Source: Trichoplax adhaerens (lineage: Eukaryota > Animalia > Placozoa). From it: a DNA stretch of 64,000 bases. The stretch covers positions 2,933,454 through 2,997,453 of the forward strand of contig NW_002060946.1 in assembly GCF_000150275.1 (NCBI RefSeq), read 5' to 3'. Below, piece after piece: positions 10,901-25,900 of this stretch. Under the pieces are notes generated by a model. The model was not told the origin of the DNA and did not search any database. It saw nothing but the letters and a program-made list of their open reading frames with translations. Position 1 is the stretch's first letter; the number at the start of each line of letters is the position of its first letter. Both the position numbers and the translations under genes were made by a program.

Positions 10901-13900
10901 GTTTCAATGGCAATAATATTGATTTACTTTCTGTTAACGACGATAAGAAGAATCCAGCTCCCTCCTTGGAAACTTATTCGAATCTAACGTGGCAAATAAT
11001 GCAAACAGCAAAGCATCAAATCAACCAGAAACTCCTTCTCCATCTACAGTAGTACAAGACCATGATTCTAGCAGTTCTTTAAGTGCGACAAGTGAAGAAT
11101 TTATGTTATCAAAGGTTTCTACTCACTTTACAATATCAATTATAGTAAAAATCGATAATGTTAATTAGAGTTTGGGTAATTATAGTCTACATACACGTAT
11201 AGTGCTTTAACCGTTGCAGTTAAATTACTATAATTATAAATATTTCTATACTTTTATAGAGCCTGTACCTTTGTTCCAGTGCATTACAATTCTTGACAAT
11301 TGTCTTGGAAAGTATGAGCAACAATGTAATTACTACTTACCAGTAAGTTTTAATATTGGTAATCATTGCTACATTTAATCATACATTACGTATTAAATCG
11401 TTAAAATTTAGATTTGATCTTAAAGCGTCTTTTAAAGGGATGATATAAATGATTTTCGTAAACGGAGTATATTATTGAATCTACTGTATTCCTTCCTATA
11501 GGAATTTGGTTTCTCATGTTAATGTTATCACTGCCTGTGATATAATTAAGGAACTAGATAAAGGAGTTGGAAAATTATTCAAAGGTAAAATTTAGTACTA
11601 TTGTCTCTATAGCTATGTGCATAAGTTAATTTTAGCGGAGGCTGTCTTTAACTGTGAATTTTTGTGTATTAGTGTCCAAAGGTGGTGAAGCTTTAGATTC
11701 TGAAGTACCAGAATTTACATACTTTTCGAAGTATTTAAGTCGATTCCTTCATACGTTAATTGGGAAAAATGTACTGTCATTAGAACTTCAGGTAAAGTTA
11801 TATGATTGCATTCATGTAAAGATGTTGGCTATAATAATTATGTCAATAAAGATTGATGATTTAAACCTTACCTTATACAATGCACTAACTTTGTAACAAA
11901 TTTATAAAATACTTTAATCATATACTGTAGTATGGGATGTTGTCACAATTATGTATTCATCCTATGAAGACCCAGCCGTGGCCGCTTACGATACATTCTA
12001 GAAGCTTAGCCATTCTTGCTCACATCTGCCTGTGCCAACAACGCAGTCATGAAGATAGTGATACATCAATCGCTGTAGAACTTTGGGAAAAGTAAAGCTT
12101 TTATCTTGAATTTTAAGCTTATTTCATCTTTTTTAAACTGTTGCATTGACATATCATTGTTTGTCTAAAATCAATCCACGTTACAGTGTACTATCCACGT
12201 TATTTGAGAAAGCTATTTCTTCTACCGAAGAGAAATTGTATGAAGACGGTACGCCTTTAAGTTTATGTAATCGAAATTAAATTTATATTTTAACCTTTTG
12301 ATATTTGTTTATATTTCAGATGTTAATGTGGAACTTGCGCAATTGCTAGTGCTGTTGTTTCATAATTTAACCAGCCAAAAAAGAAGAGCTATCTTTGAAA
12401 AAGCACTTGATTATATCCTGAAGATTGCAAATGAGAATTGGTAATTGATCTTGAAATTTTTACCTGCTAATGGCTTAAGTAGTATTTATCCCGATTCAAC
12501 TTGAGAATTGATTGTCATCAGAATGCAATTAAACAAAGACAGTGTCTTTACTAGTTGTAGCGACACTGGTCGTAGCTGTTGTTAATTTTGATTCTTATTT
12601 CATTATCTTTCTACTAGGACTATTCTTCTTGAAAAAAATCCGTTGTATTTCTCTCGTTTGTTGCTATTTTTGGATTATTTTCTGCACCAATATTCGTCAT
12701 GTTCTGATGAGTTGCAGATGCAGGTAATTTGCAGCAAGTAGTCTTAATCTTAGTTTCAGAATTTGTCGCGGCAATTACTGAAGTAATAGGATTTACTTCT
12801 CTGTAGGTTCAAGCCAATGTGTTTTCGTCTGTACTATCATTAAATGAATATGGAGTCAACCGGAAGTTAATAAAAGGAAAGAGTCCACACGAAAAGAAGT
12901 ATTACTCCATCTATGGGTATGAGGAAGAATGTTACATTAACTCTATCATATCAGCTGTTAATCCATCAGGAACTGCTAAACTGCCAGTATTAAAAGGTAC
13001 CGACTTTACCTAGTAAGACTATTTGTTTTTTGGCATATTTAATTATTTATATTATTACTTTTGTTGTATTCACATAGCTCATTTAGCACCCAGATTCTAC
13101 AGTTTGTACTGTATGTCGAAACAGCAATGTCCAGATGCAGACGTTAGTAATCTTTCCATTCAGCTTTGAATTATATACTGTGCTTGTATTTGATGGTAAC
13201 ATATAGACGATCGCGTTGGTAATAAGTTTCTGAAGATATTTTCAATATCTTGTAGGCTATGCAAATTCTTCAACAGCGAAAGCATATAGCGCTATTCTAT
13301 GATCATTTATATGAAACCTTTATCAAATTACTATCAGTTGGAGAAACTTTTGAAAACACTTTTACGGATTTATGTCATCCAACACCTTTGGTATGGTCTA
13401 TAGTACCTAAGATTTGGTGATCATTCACCTCTTGTTATACGGTTTACATGTAGTTCTCAATAGCGTAAGCTGAGCTAAGCTTAACTGTCTCCAATATCAT
13501 TACTAGGATGCTTCTTCTGTTCGCCATTGTGTTCATACTGTGTGGCGTATTCTTGGATGTCTCCCGCCATCTTTGGCATACCTGAAAGAAATTTCATGTT
13601 CTAATGAAGACTTCCCTGTAAGATTTTTTCCGTCCTATAATACTCTTTAAAATGTTTTTACAACTGTGTTATTTCTAACTTCAATAGAATAAATTGCGGA
13701 GTTCGTCAATATTACACTGGCTGAGAATAATAAACACGTTGAATAATGACTTCGTACAGGTTCGAGTTTAATTATCATTAATGATCATTGTTACTATGGC
13801 TAAACATACCGTGTGGTTTATTTCATAAACTTTATAGAGGTCTTTAGATTTACAAGGGTATACATCAGATGCTAGCAGTCTCAAAGATCAACTTAATAGT

Positions 13901-16900
13901 GTACAAAATAATTGGAAAGACCGTTTTAACAATGCTCACAGACACATCAAACTGGTATATCTTAGATAGTTCAAATTTATTGATCTTTTTTGATTGCTAG
14001 CGCCTTCGTGATATAAAAATTAAAGGAAAAATTTGATCACTTCCAAAACTGAATAATATTAAAAATCTATAGATACTTGGAGCGTTGAAAGATGACTATA
14101 TCCCTACGAGTAGAATGACTGCTTGCCTTGTTGGGTTACTGATGGAGTGTCTGAATTGCCAAAAATCAATGGAAAATTTAGTTAGTTAATATTTAAGATT
14201 TTTATTTCCTAATTTTAACCTTGTGGTATTAATAAATCGATAACTTTTGCTTTACCTTACAAGATATCTCCTGAAAAAACAGTAGTAATTTTCGATATTT
14301 TGGAAACCACTTCCTCTTTGCTATCCGTTACCAAGAGATACGCCAGGTATTAATTATCGGAAAGGCTACTTTTCTGTTAGTGAACAATACTTTAATTGTA
14401 TTCGATTTATATATTTTTTAAATTAGGGCTTGTTTAGCATCATACCTCAATCAATCGTTTTATAAGACCGTCAATGATGTAATTCAAGATAGACGCTTAT
14501 CGGCGTATTTCACTACGCTTACTGCTGGAAACATTTTGATGCAAGAGAATAACGACAATCAAGATCGCTTTATACGTGATATAATCTTAAAGGGGTCTAC
14601 TATAATTGAGAAATGGAATGAAGGCGTAATTAGTGGCCCCGCGCCAAGCTGGGTAACGCATTAGATTATTGCTTTCAACAATATTAAAAAATTTCTGATC
14701 GTTAATACCGATTGTAAATATCTTCATTCAAGTTCAAAGATTGTCCTGAACGATTTGAATCTGAACTAGCCGTAACGCTGAGTAAAAATGATATTTATTC
14801 TGTGCTGATTTCTCACCTGGGAGCTATGTCAAGTATGTCCTTAATAGTATCTCTGGTTTATGTAGGCAAGAAGTGATCGGTCATTGAAGTTCTTATTATT
14901 TCCTTTACTAGATAATGTTCCTTTCGATAGGAGCGAGTGCTTGAAGCATGTATTGGCTGAAATTGTGTTTTATAATACGTTTATTTGCAAGTATGATTGA
15001 TGAAGTATATTTTTTACTTTAAAGATTTATCATGTGATAACGACTATATTCTTGAATTGCGTATTCTTTATGCTAATGATGCAAGGTACACAGTCCTTTT
15101 AATTTCATGCAAATATCTTTTGTATTTCGGAATAAAGCTCTTTTAGAAATGTAACTATTGTTCAAGAAATGAAAGAATCAGTTCTATCTGATCATTTTCC
15201 GTTACTATTGGATTCCACGACATACTTTCTAAAAGCGGAGGTAATAATTCCATCTCTCAATAATTTTTTGTGACTATTTAAGTATTTTCTGCTACATAAC
15301 TGATAATATTCATTTTAGGTTACTGAATTGTTAGAAACTTTCGTTGGATCCTCCAATAGCGATGAGTTCAAAAGACATGTCACTTATTATAGTCTATCCG
15401 GTTCATATTGGCTGCTTATGGAATACGCCAAAGACGAAAGGTAGCACCACGATGGTAGTTCAATAATCTCAATTATAAATAATTTTTAAATACTGCATGC
15501 TTTGTATTCGATTATAGCAAAATTAGTGAGGATATGGCCTTGCAAAGTTTAAAGTTTGTTGGTTCGTTATGTGATAGCGATGATGGTAGAAACGCTCTTC
15601 AAAGATTCTTTGTTACAGGTACATTGCTACAAATATTTATATGATTGCTAGCTAAATTAAGCGCTAGCGGTTGATTTTCTAATCTATGCTGTATCTTCCC
15701 CTCAGATGAAACTGAGATTATCCAACTATTATTTATGATCAGACGAAATCATGTCTCCATTACTCTTAGTTGCGAAGTTTTGCGATTCTTTATTAAGTTA
15801 CTCAAAACAGGTTTGGATAGTTGTAAATGGGCTTTTTTTAATGCAATATGTAATATTACTGCCCTTTTATTTACAGCAAAAGAACTTCCTAGCGATAATC
15901 CATTCTATGCAATTTGCTCTTCAATCGCTAAATTTGATAAGGTACCTTCCAGTAAATACATTTAGTTTTAACAAAAATCAATTCGATAATCGATTAATAT
16001 TATTAATTGATTCCCATTTTTTTCAGTTTCCAAAGGAAGATATTCAGGATTGGTTTATGAAAATGTTAACCATCTCGCTAAAGGTACCTAATGATAGAAA
16101 TATTTAAAGGAGATTTTCGAACATAGAATAACTAACTTTTGCGTTTTTTTGGAAATATACGTACACAGAATGATAGTGATGCTAATGATTCGTTAAATTT
16201 GGAACACGATCAGCACTTTGAAAACTTCATTTCTGTTATAACGACTGAGAATTGGTATTTTTTTTTACATTGCTCTAAAGTTACATCTTTAATAATTTTT
16301 AAAGCGCCTACATAATTTTTGTATTTAATTTTTTTTTATAGTTGGCCCGTAGAATGGGAAAATGCTTTTTCTACCTTAGTTTCTTTGGGCGATGACATTC
16401 TGTCATACAACTACAAAAGTGTTAAGTTATTTATGGCAATATGTCGTTTATATGCTTCAGCCGCAATAGATAGTTGTGGTCATTTAACTTTGGTGAAATT
16501 TGCAATGTTGTGGCTGAAATACCTGTAAGCTGATACTCTAGATACTCTATTTTTAAATTTCAAGCAAAGTTATTTATATCTATTTATGTTCTTATATCAT
16601 TAGTTTTACAAAAATAGAAAACACAATTTCTACTGACACTGATATTGACAATACCGTACATGCAAACGATCTGGTAAGAAACATTAATTAAATTCCAGCT
16701 TTATTGCTAGGAATTCTTTAAAAATGTTTTTCCCTAGATGAATATTATGGATGCAGCTCTTCCGTTATGCAACTATCTTACGGATATTCTATTGGCTTTA
16801 AATCGTACCCACACGGAAAAGTAAATCATTTTTCAATGGTTCTGACAAATCTTGTTAGTTCATTGTAAATATACTAAAATTTTTTATTTATTCGCAAAAC

Positions 16901-19900
16901 TTAAAGCCGTGTAACCAGGAGTACATTTCGTTCCAACGACAATGGAATTACTCAGGTTAGTACTAAAAGTAACTAAGAATGATTGTCAAATTTTCTCAAC
17001 CAATTTAACTATCTTGCATTCATTGCAGGAGCTTTACGAGAATGATTATAAAGAGCTCAATACATGCGATGAATCAGATGAGGACGATTCGGTATCTAAA
17101 AATTCTCTGTCATTGCGTTGTCATTGTGCTCTTTGATACAATTCTATTACATTGCTTAAAGTGATGAGCAACGTGTAATTGCCAATTAATTTAAAACATC
17201 TCTAGGATGAAGAAGCATTATGCAACCGGTTATGCACCTATACAATGACACAAAAGGAATTTATGAATCAACATTGGTAAAGTGATTAATTAAATTCTTT
17301 ATTATGAGAAAACATCCATATTAGATTGTTAATGCTCTCTGCGTATTCCAGGTACTACTGTTATACCTGTAAAATGGTTGACAACACTGGAGTTTGTTCT
17401 ACGTGCGTCAGAGTATGTCATAAAGATCATGAAATTTCCTACGCAAAGTATAGCTCGTTCTTTTGTGACTGTGGGGCTAAAGAAGACGGAAGTTGTCGTG
17501 TAAGTAACTCGTCGCCGCCTTTAATCTTTAAGTTTCTTGAATTATTTTCTAGTTTACATGAAAAATTCGCTACTTTTAGGCTCTTATTAAACGAACTCCT
17601 GAAGGTGAGGTCGATCAGCCTGGTTCGCCTTTTCTTCCATCAGATAGCGAAGATATTGATCATGAAGAATTATTTGGCATTAAGTCAAACGTTGAAAATG
17701 GCAAAGGACAATTAGCAGCCGCGCATCAAGGCGTGACTTCAGGTGTTATTTCTAACTCCACTGCAGGCTTATTAGAATGTTCCAATGACGCTGGAGATAA
17801 AGAGCCAAAGTATATTCATATCCTATCACAGCAAATTCAGGTACTGATTTATCATGTGAAAGCAGTACTAAAAATGTCCTTTATTTTTATTGTTTTACTT
17901 ATTCACTGTCAAACTTACCACGAGTCTCTTGTTTTGATTGCTTCATAATAACTTCATATGCTCACTATATATTGCCATCAGGATTATAAGGATAGGCTAA
18001 CCGAACTATTGGTCAGTTTCATTGTAAAAATTACACAACTAAGATTTCTTCTCTACGGAATAATTATATGTTCATTGATGATATCTACTTATTGTCCTTA
18101 TTAGGGATCGTCAACTCTAATATCTACAATGTTAGAAGTACTAAAATCAATGTTGTCGTCTTACAAACAAGAACGAGAGCTCAGTGCAGCATGTAGGCGA
18201 GCAATTCAAGCAGCTCGTTATTTATCTGATCTGCATCAATTGAGGATGAATGTAGAAACTTCCGATCAGATTATGGTTAGCAATGCATAACTATGTAGTT
18301 TAACCTAGCATGAGTTCGGTTTTATTGGAAGTAATATCGTTTCATAACCTGCTGTGTAGATTCCAACTTTGGGATCACAAGAAGGAGCCTTCGATAATGT
18401 CCGATTATCCTATTCCGGCGATCAAGGCCAAACCATACGTCAATTAATTAACTCACATGCACTACACCGTGTGTCATTGTGTTGTCTAATGTCACTGCAT
18501 AGCAAGCGCCAGTATCTGGCGATAAGCCACGATAAAGGAAGGGTAAGTTCTGGTACTAGTACTGTCAATACTTGCATTTACAGACGGTATTAATTGTTAT
18601 TTATCCATATTCGTACATTCGTAAGTACTGATTTGAAAATTTTGCGTTTTTGAAGTTAACTATTTTGCAGCTATCATCGCTATTGAAACAGCCTGATTCC
18701 AACAAAAGAAGATTAACATTAACGGTATGATACATTTTATTTACTAGAATCTTATACTTTACTGCGCACATCTAATCGTAAGGTACTGATCTTCAGCATT
18801 ATCTTTTAATTTCATTAACATTATAGAGTTTAGCATCGGTCAACCTTCCTTTCACAGTTATTTCTATTTGGAGCAATATTTGTAATGATGACTACGTAGC
18901 CGTGTGCGGATTAAAGGTTACATATTTTTAGTTGCTAGATTAATTTGTTGATTATAACGTAACGTCTATTTTACTTGTTGGACAGGATTGTCACGTCCTT
19001 ACTCTAAGTAGCTCTGGAAGTGTGACAGATCATTTGGTTTTGCATCCCTCTGTCAGTTCGACAAATTATATTATTAAGGTAAATTACTACTGTGATAATC
19101 CCGGCCTAATTCATATCAAAATGTTGCTTTATACTGCTGAAGCTGTATTTTTTCATTATGACATGGGATTACAATTATTTCTATTTAGGCTATATGGCTA
19201 CCAGGATCGCAAACAGAGTTGGCAATTATAACTACGGATTTTATCAAAGTAAGTTCAGTTGATTAGTAACATTTTGGTATATATTAAGTTACTAGCTTTT
19301 TACTCTGATATGAATCTTTCGCTTTTAAATCAATTAGATTTATGATCTTGCTGTGGATGCTATCAGTCCGTGCTTCTATTTCCTATTACCTGGCGGAAAA
19401 ATACGCGATGTCAGCTTTATTTGCAAAGGAAAAGTAGGACATCAAATGGAAATATACGAATTAATAAAATTTTCTTAATCTCTGATTTCTACCCACGGTA
19501 TTATGATTGACTTTCTGAATTAATTATTTATATAATTTCAGAAACGCTCTATGATACTTATGTCATCGAATGGGTGTCTATACTCACAACCTATGAACGA
19601 TCTAAGTAATGCTGCTAACGGGCCATTTTATCTTACCAACACAATAGCAATAAATGACGCGATATCACACAATTTGGAGGTTGTTACATTATGCTAGATC
19701 AATTGTTACTGATAGTAAGTTATTTCGCATTGATAACATCAATATATATTTTCAGATGGTAAATGGTCAAATTGGAGGTGGTGGTGTCTCTGTATACTAC
19801 TCGCACTTACTGCAATTACTATTTTTCAGTGTAACGCAAGGTAAGTTAGTTGTTTGGCTTTTGTATGCAGTCTCAATAACTATAAGTTACATATAAATGA

Positions 19901-22900
19901 TTGCCCTATGCGCTGAATATCGTAATGCCCTTCTCTATTATTCATAACCCGTATTAGTTAAGTTCTTAACGAACTGCAGGTCAAAAAACGACGAATTTAA
20001 TGATTAATAATTGAATTGTTCTTAAGTTGAATCAATATCATTAATTTCTCATATGATACATCGAACATGTTGGATGTTATGTCAACACACTAATAAGGCG
20101 ATCAATTTTTAATTAATTTTTAAAAATTAAGGAAAAACTTATGTTGGCGTTTTAGACGAAGATTTTTGTAGGCTAGATAAAATATCCCTAATTGAATTGA
20201 GAGGGTAATTAAACTATAAATACCCTAATTATAGCTAGTTTGTTGTATCTGCTGAATCTATGAAATATAAACCTATTGATATATTTATGTAGTTCGAATA
20301 AGTCGCTGCAAGCTTTGTGTCAGTGGAAGGAAGTCTACCATCACCCTGGTTTAATTTGTACGCAAACCTTAAGTGGAACACCAATCATTATGTATATTAA
20401 GCCGGATACTATTACAGTACAGGAAATAAAATCGCCTTCTAAAGCCAAGGTTATCTCCATTTTGAGGCTTTTCGTTTTATTTGCGTACGTGCAGTGTAGA
20501 AGATTTTTAATAAGTTGTTATAATTTTAGGTGCAAGATGTGGTTGCAATACGGCATCCATCATTAGGCTCATCATCGGTAAGACATACCAATGTTATTTG
20601 TCGCTTTCCGCTCATTAACATACATAAATGTTTCCTTTTCAAAACAGTCTAGTCCGGATTATAATTGATAAAGTGACCTTAATATGAGGTGTATTGCTTA
20701 TGATAAATAACAATTCGACTTGTTTTTTAGACGAGAACCTCTTTAATCATTCTTAATGATGATGGAAGCTTACGAATTTACTTAGCAAATATGGATCTTG
20801 TTGGATTTTGGTCATCCTCAGTATTTCAGCCTATTAGGTACGCACATAATGTGTGCATAGTATGCACTTTTGACCCTCGTTAATGGTATACTTAAAATTG
20901 TGATGTTTTGTTTTAAATTCAGTGAATTAACCGCAATCAAGCCCATGAAAAAGAAGAAAGCTGTAGAATCAAGTAAGGCATTTTAGCTTCATAATTTAAT
21001 CAGTTATAGGGTTAAAAAAAGTGTAAATTAAAGTGATGATATTATATTAGGCAAGTCCCTCAGTGGAATCAATTTCCCTGTCGACTTCTTTGAAACTTGT
21101 CAACTAACAAATGAAGTAGAGGTAATTCATACAATGTCAAAAAGGCCGCTATTGCTTTTAAAAATTATCGAAGTATTTATATTCTATGATTAAGTCTGAT
21201 AGTATCATTAATGTAAAGAGTAAAATACAAATACTAATGCTAGAGTTGTATCTACTGTTAATTTAGTATGGCGGTAGCGACTTGCTGCAAATTTATAATG
21301 TTCAGCAAATTAAAAATCGATTAAATGCTAATGGAATGTATATTGCAAGTAATAAGGTAGGGGAACTAAGTTATAAGTAACCCAGCTAATAAATAGTAAC
21401 GTAATCTAATGAAGCGTCTGATTGTGTCCCAGCCTAATGGATTTTCAGTTGAAATCAAGAACACAAATTCCTCGCATGTAATGGTCGGTATCAGAGTGCA
21501 AATTGGATGTCAGTCTACTGATAAAATACCGGCATACATAGAAGTGTTTGGAAGAGCAATCAATGTATAACCTGAATTTTTAGATATTTCTTTTATGCAA
21601 AATGGTGTAAGTCATAACGTATCACAAATTCTTTCATTGTAAAAAATTAGTTTAAACCAAAGATGAGTCGTTGGTATGATATTCCATTCACTAGAGAAGA
21701 ATCTCTGACTGCTGATAAGAAGATTACATTATTTTGTAAGTGTAGATTTTGCACTTAAAGTATTAAAAGTATCTGATGTTTATGTACATTATTTAACGTA
21801 GATTTGTATAACTGTATGCTATAAATGCTCAAATAACAGATTATAAATGATATATATTTGATGTAACATCTTCAAAAAATTACAGTAATGTAAAGTATTT
21901 CCTTGATGTGATCATCGTTTATGTAACATTATGTAACCTTTACGATTGATTATTACAGTTGCTTCTTCGACCGATTCAAATGGCATGACTATAGTGGATG
22001 GAATCAGGGTTTACATCAAGACGAAAGAAAACTTCAGATGGCCAGAGGAAACTAATGATGAATCGATAGCTCAGATGCATCAAGATGGTACTCAAACTGT
22101 GAAACTGCAAGAGAGTGATAGTACTGATGAAGTCAGATCTACAATTTTTCACAGTATGGACAGGTACTGTAATTCTAATTTCCATAAATTTGCTATTTTA
22201 TTTAGTTTTTAGGATACGCATATGTTGCACTTATAGTGATTTCTATTCTTTAGCTTAATAGCTCAATCTCTGGAACTATTAGAGAATTATTTCATTTTCT
22301 GGCCATCGGACATAAGTGTATGATCTCCATAATGTTATTTTTTTGACATTCTTTGCTATATATAATACAAAAATTTACCATAACCGTTGCGAATATAAAT
22401 ATTATTGGGACTGAAATTAGGATGCAAATACGCAACTAGCGCTAAGTTGTTCCACCTCTTTACTGACGTTTGCAACGCCAACCAGTGTTCATTCGCAGTC
22501 TAAAGCCCTGTTGGCTGCCTTATTAAGTAGTCAGAGTGCATACCACTATCACAAGGTTTAATCTTCTTATCGAAAATCAGCTTTTTTTTAATTTTATGTA
22601 ATTTTGTGTTAATTATATTTTGAATGCAATGTAATATTAGGATCAAGCTCAACTCCATCATGCAGCGGGATTTCTTATACTAGAAGATAAAGAATCTACT
22701 TTGGAAGACTTTTTTGAATCAAAACATAAAAGAGATAACGAAATCAAGATTGATTTATTTGAACGCTTAATTAGAATAGCTAGATCAATTGCCATAGCTC
22801 GACCGATCAATTTGATAACCTTTGCTAACAGTATTGATCGTAATGGTGGAGAAGAATGTGAGTTTTAAATGCTGGGACCACCAGTTTGTATTATGGACTA

Positions 22901-25900
22901 ATTAACTTTATCTGATATTTTCATATAGTTAATAATCGTACCGTAACCGGTATTATGAGTCGACCAGCTTCCAACTCTATTCGCGACGGGACTACGCCTC
23001 AGCTTATCGAAAGACTAATGAATAATTTTTGGCAATTATATTCTTCTTCTCCGTCAAGCCCTTTAATTGTTCCCGTCGGACAGTCACGTATGCATGAAAA
23101 GAAGGATTTTTTGCTGGTTTTATTGAATTTTAATCTAAATTCTTTGCTTTATCATATAGGACTATCAAGGATAGAAACAATTGTTTTCGGATTAGTTGAT
23201 ATCGTGAGTGCCTTTGCTGTCATGGACTCGTCGTATGTTTCAATGGCAACTGACTTATACGTCAAGCTACTTCTTCATGAGGTTAATTTAACTTAATTTT
23301 GGGATATAATAACAATCTTGTAATACATAAAATCTACTCATTTCGATTGCTTAAGTATTTATTATTACGAAATTTCATATGATAGGATTCAGCTATTGGG
23401 TTTTCATGCAAGCAAGCGTTAGGTTTTGTATTACGCCAAAGGACTAAAAAGAAGCGCGTTGTGCTATCTTTGCCACCTAATCCCCGCGACGATGTGGCTA
23501 CAGAGCAGGACGAACAAAGTGTTGAAGCTACTAGTGATGTTGGAGAACCGAAACATTCAGAAACGGTAACGTTTTCATGGCAGCATTTGCTGCTATCACT
23601 GAACCCTGATTTGCGTTTTTTCTTATTCGTCGTTTTCAATTTTACGCAGGTTGATCAGCCAGTTACTCTTTCATCTTTGGTATCGGCAGCGAATAATTTA
23701 GGGCCTGGATTAGGAACGCTAGCTGAAATGGCTTCTACTCATGGTTCTTTGGAATCACTGCTTAGTGGTAACATTTTGTCGATTCTTTTCACCGTACATT
23801 TTATACAATATGTCACATACTTCACATTTTAATATAAGGTGGAGCTGTTCAGATATCTCCTATATTGGATGCAAATGATGAAGAAGCAATGATGGAGCTA
23901 GCTGTTTCTCTTAGTATCCAGGATGCTCAGGTATCAGTACTACGTCAATAAAATCATAAAATGTTTTTACATGAACTTCTAATCATTAATACTGATTGTT
24001 GTTAGGCTGGTTCACTGATCGAAGTTGGCGTATTATCTGATGCTACTGCTTCAGGTTAGCTAGGTCATACTGTACGCGTACATTAAAATTACAATTATAA
24101 TAAAAATGATTATTGTAAAATCTAATCGCTTAGCTGTCAGTGATGAGGAAGGCGAAATGGATAGTACCGCTGCCACAGTTGCAAGTTCAACAATGCGAGG
24201 ATCTCCAAGGGCGGCTGGTTCCGAATGTAATAGCGCTGCAGAATCATTAACTGGTACCTTTTAGAAATAATATATTACGCAATCCACTTTTATCATTTAT
24301 TAATCTAAGATATTGCATTAACACTATTCTATAAGGCGATGTAGTTGGTGTAAGTAGTGCCACAACTAGCGTTGATGGAGAATATGTGAATGCTGATACA
24401 GGATCTACGTCAGCAAGGCTTATCAAAGATGATATCATTATGAAGGTATAGAAGCATTCCTATTGTATATATATTGCCGTCCATCTTTACTAACCTTATT
24501 CCTATAATCTCGTAATTAGAGTACAGAAACCGTTAGCGAGATTGGTGACGAAGCTTTAGTTGTAAGCAGTAAACTACATAACCTTCGATGCCACTTTCTG
24601 GAATCGTTCTTAGACCATTTTCCAAAGTTAAGAAATCTTGACGGTCTGCAAATAGTTCCGTTTATGCAAGTAGTCTTTATGTTGTGCAGCGATTTTGATG
24701 ACCAAGAACACGAAAGACAAACTCTGATTAACGTCATCGATACTATAGTATCAGAATTAGACTTACAATCGCAAGGATTTAGTGGACTAACAGATCGATC
24801 ATCCCGCCATGACTTACAGTTAATGTTTCTAAAATTCTTGGGTGTACTTATGACGAAGGTGAAAGGAATGAGTAGATCCGCCTTATCTGCTTGCGTCTTA
24901 ACAGCGTCTTATTTAATGCGCTACAATATATTAGATTACTGCCTCGGTGCTCTTAAGGCATTAAGTACATACTGGAAAGAAGTCTATCCAACACATCAAT
25001 ATGTATCTTCTGTTGGAGTATTGCTGAAAGAACGGCGTACTAATCTACTTCCTGATATGTCTCCGTTTTTTCTACGGCGACATGTTAGGACTCACGTAAA
25101 CGATGTCTTCGCTAATTACGTTCAGCAGCTTACCGAAATTTTACTGAAAATACCTTACCAAATCAAGAAATTAGCGGAATCACAGGGAGCAGACATGGTT
25201 ATTCCTGAATTTCGTCAGGAATGGTTTAATATCTTATCCGAGTATATGATTTTACAATTAACACCGGCCGTTCGTCGTGCAGCACGAAAATTATTAATGT
25301 ATCTTTGTGGATCAAAGCAAGTATACCGAAGGCAGTTAGATTTGTACACGATAAAATATCATATTGCAAAAGTGCAAGAAATATGTTCTAGCCATGGTTT
25401 TCGATTATCCTCAACGTATATAAGACCTATTTCTATTTCACTACCGTATGATGTAGTAAGTCAGATGGTCAAACATTTACGAGAGTGTCTCGACATTAGT
25501 ATTGCAAGACCGGCGAGTTGGCATTCCTTCTGTTTTTCCAACGATATTATAGTACCATATCTTATCCAAGTTACTGTTGCATTTGATGAGGGTATTGCTC
25601 CCATAATATTAGACCTGTTAGCGATTTCATATCGAGAAAATGATAATACTAATTCATCAAGTATAACTAATGCGACCTCATCACTATCTGAATCGACAAA
25701 TCCATCGTTGACTCGTAAAATATTTGAAATAATCCCTAAGACAACTCTTGCACACTTCCTTCGAAAATTTTTATTAGAATCAAATGTACATAATGTGCGA
25801 TTTCAAACGTTGTGCTTAATGCTATCAATTTACGAAAGTGCATCAATGGAGGATCAAAAAGTTGTTGTTGATGTATTATGTGATTTATGGCCGCTTATTC